Positions 18,242 through 26,044 of a stretch of 64,000 nt of DNA are shown piece after piece. Made by a program: the position numbers and the translations under genes. Source of the DNA: Longimicrobiales bacterium (GTDB lineage: Bacteria > Gemmatimonadota > Gemmatimonadetes > Longimicrobiales > Gaopeijiaceae). Position 1 is the first letter of the stretch. Each line of letters begins with the position of its first letter. The DNA is taken from the NCBI GenBank assembly GCA_965249725.1, contig CBDFMQ010000002.1, forward strand, positions 2,816,001 through 2,880,000, read 5' to 3'. The notes under the pieces are model-generated. The model had not been told where the DNA came from. It worked only from the letters and a program-made list of their open reading frames with translations, and did not search any database.

Positions 18242-20911
18242 TCAGTTGGGCACCCGCTCCTTCAACTCCTCGAAGAAGTTGTCGACGAGAATCAATTGGC
18301 TGTCGAGATCAAGCGATCTCATCAGCATCAGGCGTTGGTCGTCCGGGCTGATGTCATAACCCGCGCTGCCGTTTCCGATCTGGTAGTCGGTCGAAGAGAA
18401 TAGGACTCGCTGCTGTCCTACAGAAAATGATGGATCGACGTTGATTTCGGCGACCATCTGTGTCCCTCCGACCGACTCACCCTGGTAGAACAACTCTCTG
18501 CCGCTGTGTGCCCACACGGACTCATCGCCGTAGGTAGTGGAGACCTGCCACAGGCCCGCGTCGACGTCGGGGAATGGACGCACGTACACCTGAGCCCGAT
18601 CCTCGGGGTTCGCTCTCCAGGTATACGAGAGCCAGCGCCCGTCCGGGGAAAGCGAGATCTCGGTCGCCCGCACTCCATCCGTGACCAACGGAGTCGCTAG
18701 ACTGTCCAATTCTGGCCGTATCGCGAAGATGTCCGCGTTGGCAACCAGGCCGTCAGATTCGACGAATACGAGCCACGTGCCATCGGGCGTGTACGCGAAT
18801 TCCTGAATGGGCCGCTCCCTGTCCAGGACGAGTTCAGCCGAGCCACTCCCGTCTGCTCTCTTTCTCCACAGATCGCGTTGCCCGGCCCGATTCGACACGA
18901 ACGTGACGAACTCCGCATCCCTCGACCACCGAGGCCTGAGATTCTCAGTCCCCTCGAATGTGAGTCGGGACAGCGGGCCTGAGTCCAATTGCTTGACATA
19001 CAAGTCCGCAGTCCCGTCAGCGTCGATGATCGACGCGACGAGCCTCGTGCCGCCCGGGGAAATGGCAAGACTGACCATGAAGGCGTCGGTGGGAAACGCC
19101 CAACCGGGATCAACTTCTTGGACAGTCCCGTCTCGGTCGACCCAGACAGGGGTGTGGAGGCCTCCGCCCACACCCGCCCGGTACACAAGCCTGTCCGACT
19201 CTGACACGTCGAAGTACGGTAGTCCTTGGCTTTGCAGCACTCCCTCTACGACTGGTTCCACAGCACCCATGAGTTCCAGGTTCGTCACGTCGAAGAGTGC
19301 CGCCAAGAGAGTCCCCTCGGTCGGGTTCACGAAGAGCAGATGTCCGGTGGAGACGTAGCGCGGGGCCTGGCCCGGCGTGAGGTCTTTGGTTTCGCCGGTC
19401 TCCAGGTCCAAGGCTTGGATTCGCTGGCCAGAAGCAGACCCCCGCACCTGATACAGGAGGCTACTGCTACCCGGCAGCACCTGCGCGAAGCTGTGGGAAA
19501 CGTCTCCGGCTGCGGTATCCACTCGGGTAACGACCTCGGACGGCCCACCGGTCGCTGGTACGCGGCTCAGTCCTCGCGCCGAGTCTCTGTAGTAGACCCA
19601 ATCACCCTCCCGACTCCACGTTGGGCAGCAGCTGGCAGATTCGGTGAGGATGCGCACTGCCCCCCCATCAAGGGGGACGACCCTAACCGAACCGCCGGAA
19701 GTATGGAAAGCCACCTCCCTATCATCCGGAGAAATAGTCGGGGCGTATGCATTCCCTGCATTCCGGATCGGAGTGGCGCTCAACGCGTCCCACCGCCTCA
19801 TCATCAGTGCGAGTTGCCCCTCCTCATCCACGCCCTTGTACACCATGAATGATCCATCGGCCGAAAGGTCTAGGCTTCCAAACGTGGACGCAAAGGACTG
19901 GCCTACTCCCATCAGCACTGAGACGCGTGTGACCGACTCTGGAGGCTCGGGACGGAGAAGTGACCAGCCCTGACTGAGCGCGAGCACCGCCGCCAGAGAG
20001 GCGAAAGCCATTGTCGACCGCTTCCACGGACCTGCATCTGAAGCGCCGACTCCGACGACCGCCTCGCCATATCGGAAGTGTTCATCTCCCAGCGCCGTCG
20101 CGAACTCCTGAGACGACTTGAACCGATCCGCAGGGAGCTTCTCCAACGCCTTCCGCAGCGCAGCGTCAACATTCGCCGGGATCGAAGCCCGCTTCTCGGT
20201 GGCCGAGATTGGTCGGGAGGAAATGATCTGGCCCAAGACGGCCTGAGCGGTTTTCCCCACGTATGGCGGGTCGCCCGTCAGCATCTCATATAGGACGGAG
20301 CCCAAGGCGTAGGTGTCCGTCGAAGCACCCACGAACTGATCGCCCGTTGCCTGCTCGGGGCTCATATAGAACGGGGTCCCCAGACTCAGGCCGGTCTCCG
20401 TCAGACGCCCTCCACCAGCCGCTCCAACAGCCAGCGCGATCCCAAAGTCGGCGATTAGTGGTCGCCCTTCGTGGAGCAAGATGTTGGCTGGCTTGATGTC
20501 TCGGTGGATGATCTTGTGGCGGTGAGCGTAGTCGAGCGCCTCTGCTAGGTCCGTGGTAATCTTCACCGCTTCGTCCACGGGGAGTTGATGCTCACGGTCC
20601 AGCCTGTCCCGTAACGACTCTCCCTCGATGTAGGGCATCACGTAGTAGAGGAAGCTGTCGGCTTCGCCCGAGTCGTGGAGCGGCAGGATGTTCGGGTGGG
20701 TCAGGTTGGCCGTAGTTTCGATCTCGGCCAGGAATCGCTCAGCGCCTACCACCGCTGCCAACTCGGGCTTCAGGACCTTCAAGGCCACGTTGCGGTTGTG
20801 CTTCAGGTCCTTGGCGAGATAGACCGTAGCCATCCCACCCTCGCCGAGCTCACGCTCGATGACGTACCGATTCTCAAGGGCTCCGTTCAGGCGAGAGACT
20901 GAATCGGACAC
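18242..20911 (-). CDS. Membrane Ser/Thr kinase with TolB-like (PD40) beta-propeller; cassette 1
   Basis: GEGGMATV, HRDIKPAN, DFG and GTPFYMSPE motifs; TM helix; repeated SPDG/WS..G motifs. Confidence 0.95.
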   Translation of the reverse strand: MSDSVSRLNGALENRYVIERELGEGGMATVYLAKDLKHNRNVALKVLKPELAAVVGAERFLAEIETTANLTHPNILPLHDSGEADSFLYYVMPYIEGESLRDRLDREHQLPVDEAVKITTDLAEALDYAHRHKIIHRDIKPANILLHEGRPLIADFGIALAVGAAGGGRLTETGLSLGTPFYMSPEQATGDQFVGASTDTYALGSVLYEMLTGDPPYVGKTAQAVLGQIISSRPISATEKRASIPANVDAALRKALEKLPADRFKSSQEFATALGDEHFRYGEAVVGVGASDAGPWKRSTMAFASLAAVLALSQGWSLLRPEPPESVTRVSVLMGVGQSFASTFGSLDLSADGSFMVYKGVDEEGQLALMMRRWDALSATPIRNAGNAYAPTISPDDREVAFHTSGGSVRVVPLDGGAVRILTESASCCPTWSREGDWVYYRDSARGLSRVPATGGPSEVVTRVDTAAGDVSHSFAQVLPGSSSLLYQVRGSASGQRIQALDLETGETKDLTPGQAPRYVSTGHLLFVNPTEGTLLAALFDVTNLELMGAVEPVVEGVLQSQGLPYFDVSESDRLVYRAGVGGGLHTPVWVDRDGTVQEVDPGWAFPTDAFMVSLAISPGGTRLVASIIDADGTADLYVKQLDSGPLSRLTFEGTENLRPRWSRDAEFVTFVSNRAGQRDLWRKRADGSGSAELVLDRERPIQEFAYTPDGTWLVFVESDGLVANADIFAIRPELDSLATPLVTDGVRATEISLSPDGRWLSYTWRANPEDRAQVYVRPFPDVDAGLWQVSTTYGDESVWAHSGRELFYQGESVGGTQMVAEINVDPSFSVGQQRVLFSSTDYQIGNGSAGYDISPDDQRLMLMRSLDLDSQLILVDNFFEELKERVPN

Positions 20912-20965
20912 AGGCGTACTCCGGCACTATCAGGCGGCGGGCAGCATCGCGTGGGGGGCGTGGAT

Positions 20966-20994
20966 AACGTGAGGGGCAGGAGCGGGCGGGTCAA
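20966..20994 (-). promoter_or_regulatory. Possible sigma70 promoter inside cassette 1 (TTGACC-17 bp-CACGTT)
   Basis: Consensus-like hexamers with 17-bp spacing, 55 bp upstream of the kinase start. Confidence 0.35.
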
Positions 20995-21060
20995 CAAGAG
21001 GCTTGGCCCCGGGCCCTGACTGCCGTACGCCCTGGGCGATGCTGGTTCACAAGTGAACCG

Positions 21061-21197
21061 CCCGAAGTCATATCATATAACGTTTGTATCTCCGACGTAC
21101 TACAAGTCCCCGTTTGGGATTCGGACCCGAGACGCGCGGGTAATGATCCGGTAGCCGGAGATTACCGAACTAGTTCGCGTAAGGGCCTTATAGTTCG
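21061..21197 (-). other. attI-like array head site
   Basis: Core ATATAAC (21075-21081) complements the end of site F. It is followed by a GTATCTCCG/CGGAGATTAC inverted pair and palindrome CGAACTAGTTCG (21166-21177) but has no terminal GTTA box; it sits between cassette 1 and the recombinase. Confidence 0.65.
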
Positions 21198-21426
21198 TGG
21201 TCAGATCTTGACGAACAACTACACCGGGCCGGCCTGCGCGATGAGATCGCTGGGGGGCAGTGGGCCGATCCGGGCTCTCCGGCGGACATCCCTACTCCGC
21301 AGGATCGTGCCAATATGCTGATCGTGGCTCCAGGACGCCAACCAGCCCCTCGTGGCGTCGTCTAACGCTTCGGTCCAGGACCGATTCCGCCATGGCTCCG
21401 CCCGTCGTGTCTTGCGACCGTGGACC

Positions 21427-21951
21427 ATGGACTCCGACTCACCCCGAAACACGCCGTCCAGCCCGCAGCCGACCCAGCTACCGTCTGGGAGTGACATCGA
21501 GGTGACTGTCCGGGCGGGCGCAATCGTGCTACGCGGGCCCTACCGGGAGGATGTTGTCTCGCTGATCCGCTCCCTCCCCGGACGGCGCTGGGACCGCCGC
21601 GAACGCGTTTGGCGCCTACCGGATACATCACTGGTCAGAGCCGCTCTATGGGATAAACTGGGTATCCGTCTCGACCCGGAGCCCCGCGCCGACCGAAAGA
21701 CCCACTTGCGGTCCGACGAGCGGGAGGGCTTATCACTCCGCTTCGATGAAGAGATGCGGCTCCGCGGCTACGCTCCGCGCACTCGACGCGCGTATGGAGG
21801 CCACATCCGCCGCCTTCTCTCCGATGTCGGTGACGCGGAGGACCTGCCGGAAGCACTGCGCGAGCACGTACTCCGCCGGGTCGCCACCGACAAGGTATCT
21901 CGCTCCTACCACAACCAACTGATCAGCGCGCTTCGCTCTCACGAGGTCTGA
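21427..21951 (+). pseudogene. Tyrosine recombinase/integrase N-terminal part (HARP-like domain + SAM-like integrase domain); catalytic domain deleted
   Basis: PYREDVVSLIRSLPGRRWD...VWRLP, then EEMRLRGYAPRTRRAY..HIRR and SRSYHNQLISALR; stops before the R-H-R-Y domain. Confidence 0.8.
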
Positions 21952-22026
21952 AGCGGCGCATCCAATCACCACTCGCCCCGATATTGCTATTCCTAGTCGA
22001 GGTTACTTGCAATTTCTAGTGTTATT

Positions 22027-22315
22027 TTGTTTGCAACCGCAGGCGCAGAAGTGCTCCAGTACCGGGACAACGTTGGCCTCGAAATCGACGCCATCGTACA
22101 AACACGAGACGGTCGATGGGCCGCCTTTGAGATCAAACTGGGCCAAGCAAGAGTGGATGAGGCCGCCAAAGACGCTCCTCAGGTTCCGAGACAAGAGGGT
22201 CGACACGAGCAAGACAGGTGAGCCCGCCATGCTCGCCGTCATCGTCAGCAACGGCCTCAGCTATATGCGTGAGGATGGAGTCGCCGTAGTCTCGCTCGGC
22301 GCCCTCGGGCCTTAG
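22027..22315 (+). pseudogene. C-terminal fragment of AAA/DUF4143 protein, frameshifted near 22170
   Basis: YRD..GLEIDAIV...DGRWAAFEIKLG..VDEAAK / TLL....VD...P..LAVI...REDGV.VVSLGALGP. Confidence 0.75.
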
Positions 22316-22499
22316 CCCCATCATGGATCCCCTAGCCGGCACGAACTGGAGCGCCCCGTCCACGGTGAGCGGCTTCGCCCAGGCTGACCCCGAACTGTCG
22401 GTAGGCCACCGGCCGAAGCACCGCAGTCGTTGACGTCCCCCTTATACCCTCCGATGTTCGACTCATGACGGACCGACACACGTTTCTGAGCCGGCAGAC

Positions 22500-23117
22500 A
22501 TGACGGTCCATCGGCTTGCGCACGCTGCTGGCGCGGTGGGCATGAGCTTGGTCTTCCTTCTGCTAGTCGGCTTGGCCATACCCCCCGCTGAGAAGTTTCC
22601 CGACTCCCTCGTTTCCGCATTCCACACGTTCTTCGTGGGTACCCTTATCCACCAAGAGGGACTTCCGGCCGAGAGCGATCCGGGGTGGATGGCAAAGGCC
22701 GAGCCCGGAGACGTGCTCTTTTTCTCCCGGGGGCATGTGGCCTGGGGTGAATGGTCGCACGTGGCGATGGTCGTACGAGCGCCCGACGACGCTGTCTGGG
22801 TGAAGCCAGGCACGCTGGCCGTCTTCGACGCCTCCATCTACGACGGGATGTACCTCTCTCCGCTCGAAGCCTACGGCGACTATCCCAGGGTCGTGGTACG
22901 GCGGGCCTCCGATGATCCCGAGGTCCGGCGACGCATGGCCGAGGCCGCCCTCACTCACCGGACGAGGATCTTCGTCGGCGTCGCCCGAAACGGGGCCCCC
23001 TACACCAACTGCACGACGTCGGTCATCTCAGCGTTGCAGTCTGTGGGGATCCAACCCCACCTCCCAGGGTGGAGGACCCCAGACGAGCTTCTCCGAAGCG
23101 AGATATGGCTCGACTGA
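22500..23117 (+). CDS. Membrane-anchored permuted papain-like (YiiX/YebB-like NlpC/P60) protein
   Basis: PGDVLF...WSHVA (His) precedes YTNCT (Cys) and ..TPDEL; N-terminal TM. Confidence 0.65.
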   Translation: MTVHRLAHAAGAVGMSLVFLLLVGLAIPPAEKFPDSLVSAFHTFFVGTLIHQEGLPAESDPGWMAKAEPGDVLFFSRGHVAWGEWSHVAMVVRAPDDAVWVKPGTLAVFDASIYDGMYLSPLEAYGDYPRVVVRRASDDPEVRRRMAEAALTHRTRIFVGVARNGAPYTNCTTSVISALQSVGIQPHLPGWRTPDELLRSEIWLD

Positions 23118-23617
23118 TCTGGCGGGGGTGGGCTGCTCTCTGCCTCCTGTCCGGTGCCGTCGTAGTACCCCTGTTCCTCGAGGTGTTTTCCGGTGGCTCG
23201 TGGCTGCACTTCACCGCGCTGGTCCTGCGATACGCGTGGCTCTGGCTGCTCGGGCTCCCCATCCTCCGCGAGGGGTGGCTCCCGGCTCGATGGGCCGCCG
23301 TCACCCTCCTCGGGTTTTGCGCACTGGTCTCAGGCATGGTCATGACGGACCTGCTGGGGTACGGGTCCGTGCACCCCGGCTGGTTCCTCGGCCTCGAATG
23401 GTGGCAGCGTCCGATTTATCCTTGGATCGACTTGCTTCCGCGCTGGCATTTCCGGTCCCGGCCTGGATACCTCTGGATCGTCTGCGTGTGGAACGTCGTG
23501 GAGGCAGCGGCGGTGAGCCTGGTCGTCTGGAAGATCCGCGGGCGCGGACGGGAGATCGGGGAGCCGCCCGCTCCCCAGGCGGCTCCCACGTCCATACCGA
23601 CCCCCCGCCTCAGCTGA
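23105..23617 (+). CDS. Hypothetical membrane protein
   Basis: About 4 TM segments; overlaps the upstream gene by 13 bp. Confidence 0.6.
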   Translation: MARLIWRGWAALCLLSGAVVVPLFLEVFSGGSWLHFTALVLRYAWLWLLGLPILREGWLPARWAAVTLLGFCALVSGMVMTDLLGYGSVHPGWFLGLEWWQRPIYPWIDLLPRWHFRSRPGYLWIVCVWNVVEAAAVSLVVWKIRGRGREIGEPPAPQAAPTSIPTPRLS

Positions 23618-25946
23618 TCAAACGGCTCGGCTTCGCCTTCACCACGAACAGCCCCTCGCTCATGCTCGTGATGATGATCATGCCGCTCTTGAAGTACGGG
23701 TAATTGCTCCATGAACCACCGCCACCGTACGGCGTGGTATCGATGAAGCCGACTTCGGACGGGTTCACCGGATCGGAGATGTCGAGGATACGGAGCCCGC
23801 TGCCGTAGTTCGACTGGTACATCGTGTCGCCTTTGATGTACAAGTTGTGATCCGTGGTCGTGGTCTCGGCGATGTGCTCGTTCACGAGAATCGGGTCATC
23901 CAGATCCGTGACATCCCATACCAAAGTCCGCGTGCCCGCAACCAGGCCCTGCGGCTCGTCGCCCTCGTCGTTGAGGTAGAAGTAACGCTGGTCCTCGGTC
24001 AGCCAACCCTGGTGCGTGTAAGCCACGTTGGGGTAGCTCGCCGTGGAGATTCCGATCGGATTCGCCTTGTCGGTGACGTCGGCTATGCTCAGGGCCGTCT
24101 CGTTGGCGCCCATGCAGATCTCTTTGCCCTGATACTCTTCGTCCGGCCCGTTGTAGACGACGCACTGCGCGTCGTGGGAGTAGCCGGTCCCGCTACGACC
24201 CGTGGATGGGTCGGCAAAGCACCCTGCGAACGTCGGACGGCTCGGATTCTCCAGGTTGATCATGTGAAGTCCGCCGCCACACGTCTCTCCACCGCTGCTG
24301 CTTCCGACCGAATAGGCGAAGCCGGACTCCTCGTTGATCACGATGTTGTGCGCGCTGGCGATGCCGTCGTAGATGAAATCCGCCTCGAACATGGCTGGAA
24401 CGGCCCCCGGGTTTCGCAGCCGGGTCAGATCGAACACCTGCACGCCGTGCTGGTTGGCGGCATCCGCGACGATGTACGCGTGATCCTTATAGGTCTTCAT
24501 GTCACGCCAGATGCTGCTTTGCGATCCGGGGGTCATGGGCAAATCGCCGACGAAGACCGGCCGAGACGGGTCGCTCAAATCCACGAACGACGTCCCGTCG
24601 GTACGCCCGATGATGGCGTACTCTTTGTCGGTTTGCGGATCGGTCCAACCCCATATGTCGTTTACCCTGGTGCCGCGCGCGCCACCGAGGTCCTTGATCG
24701 GCACGAACGACACGATGTCTACGTCGCTGCACTCGAATCCTGCCACTGATTCGTCCTCGCACTCCACTTCCTCGCCGGCTATCGCATCGAGGCCCTTCCA
24801 TTCATTGATGACGGTATTGCGTTCCGACCACGTGTTGCCGGTGCGCTCGAAGATGACGGCGGCGCCTTCCCTGGAATCCACGCCCGTTGCTCCGATCGCG
24901 GCCACCTCACCCGCGATCACGACCGCTCCACCAAAGCCGGCACCGTCGGGCAGCGTGTTGCTGGTCAGTTTCGTTGCTCCGGCCCAGCTACGTGAGCCGT
25001 CCCGCTCGAAGAGGTAGAAGGCGCCGGCACCACCAGTACCAGGAGCACCGACCCAGGTCGTCTCACCGTCGAACGTGATCGACGAGCCGAACTGGGCATT
25101 CGGCTGGGCATCAAACGGGCCCAGAGTGCCCTGCCTCTCCCAAGCGGCGGCTTGTGCGTCATACTCGAAAACGAACACGGCACCGACCCGCTGCCCCGTC
25201 GACGGCGCACCCACCAAAGCCATACCAGAGTCGAGGCCCAGGGACGTCCCGAGTCCGCTCGAGCCATCCATCTGGAGCTTGCCGGTCTCCACCAATCCAC
25301 TCGTGCCGTATTGGAACGCATACGCCGCTCCAGGAGCTCCACGTCCGCCCGGAGCCCCCACCAGTGCTATGCTCCCGTCGAAAGCCAGCGTGGCACCGAA
25401 GTTGTCGCCCGGCGCGGCGTCGCTGCCCGAGGACCTTCCGACTTGGCCCCACGAACCGCTCGCTGAGCGGCTGAACGCGTAGACAGCACCGGCACCGTCA
25501 TTCGCGCCGGTCGCCGAGATCAAGGCGACGTCCCCTTCGATGGCCACGACGGTCCCGAACCCGTCCCCTTCGATGCCATCGTTGGCGGAGAATCGTCCGA
25601 CCTCAGACCACGCGCCGGATCCGTCCCTGCCAAAAACGAAGACCGCGCCCGGCCCATCGAATCTCGCCGGGCTCCCGATCAACAGGGTCCCGCCGTCGCT
25701 GGCCAACCCCCGACCGAAACCGTCCGGCGCACCCCCGGCGTCAGAGGCGGTCAGCTGAGCCACCTCCTGCCATGCGCTGCCGGAGCGGCTGTACACGTAG
25801 ACAATCCCAGGAAACAGGCCGTTCCCGGTCTCACCGATGAGGATGTTCTCACCGCTTACGGTGAGCGCCCCACCGAAACCCTGGGCGGTCAACATCAAAG
25901 GAGCGATCAGCAGCGGGGCAAGTGCGGCTAGAAGACAACGTTTCAT
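23610..25946 (-). CDS. Choice-of-anchor B (LVIVD-type) protein with N-terminal FG-GAP repeats
   Basis: Repeated FG..LA...GAP...GAVYVF; NDIWGWTDP, WRDMKTY, HDAQC, HQGW, HNLY and WSNYPYF motifs. Confidence 0.88.
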   Translation of the reverse strand: MKRCLLAALAPLLIAPLMLTAQGFGGALTVSGENILIGETGNGLFPGIVYVYSRSGSAWQEVAQLTASDAGGAPDGFGRGLASDGGTLLIGSPARFDGPGAVFVFGRDGSGAWSEVGRFSANDGIEGDGFGTVVAIEGDVALISATGANDGAGAVYAFSRSASGSWGQVGRSSGSDAAPGDNFGATLAFDGSIALVGAPGGRGAPGAAYAFQYGTSGLVETGKLQMDGSSGLGTSLGLDSGMALVGAPSTGQRVGAVFVFEYDAQAAAWERQGTLGPFDAQPNAQFGSSITFDGETTWVGAPGTGGAGAFYLFERDGSRSWAGATKLTSNTLPDGAGFGGAVVIAGEVAAIGATGVDSREGAAVIFERTGNTWSERNTVINEWKGLDAIAGEEVECEDESVAGFECSDVDIVSFVPIKDLGGARGTRVNDIWGWTDPQTDKEYAIIGRTDGTSFVDLSDPSRPVFVGDLPMTPGSQSSIWRDMKTYKDHAYIVADAANQHGVQVFDLTRLRNPGAVPAMFEADFIYDGIASAHNIVINEESGFAYSVGSSSGGETCGGGLHMINLENPSRPTFAGCFADPSTGRSGTGYSHDAQCVVYNGPDEEYQGKEICMGANETALSIADVTDKANPIGISTASYPNVAYTHQGWLTEDQRYFYLNDEGDEPQGLVAGTRTLVWDVTDLDDPILVNEHIAETTTTDHNLYIKGDTMYQSNYGSGLRILDISDPVNPSEVGFIDTTPYGGGGSWSNYPYFKSGMIIITSMSEGLFVVKAKPSRLIS

Positions 25947-26044
25947 GATTCACCAGAAGTCTAGAAGGAGTGTGGGACCTGGATCGTACGGACGGGACAG
26001 TCTTATTAGGCCCTACTGCCTCGAGAGACAAGGACCCCAGCGGG

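Larger units (their letters stand above)
11908..21081 (-). mobile_element. Integron-like cassette array, six cassettes
   Basis: Six long TAAC..GTTA sites alternate with genes; cassette ends are complementary; divergent tyrosine recombinase gene at 21427. Confidence 0.88.

Noticed and set aside
21061..21084. Xer/dif site
   Set aside because: It lacks a recognisable TTATGTTAAAT-like XerD arm and the 28-bp dif layout.
21166..21177. CGAACTAGTTCG as a Gram-positive-type LexA box for the recombinase
   Set aside because: That box is CGAAC-N4-GTTCG; the spacing here is 2 nt.
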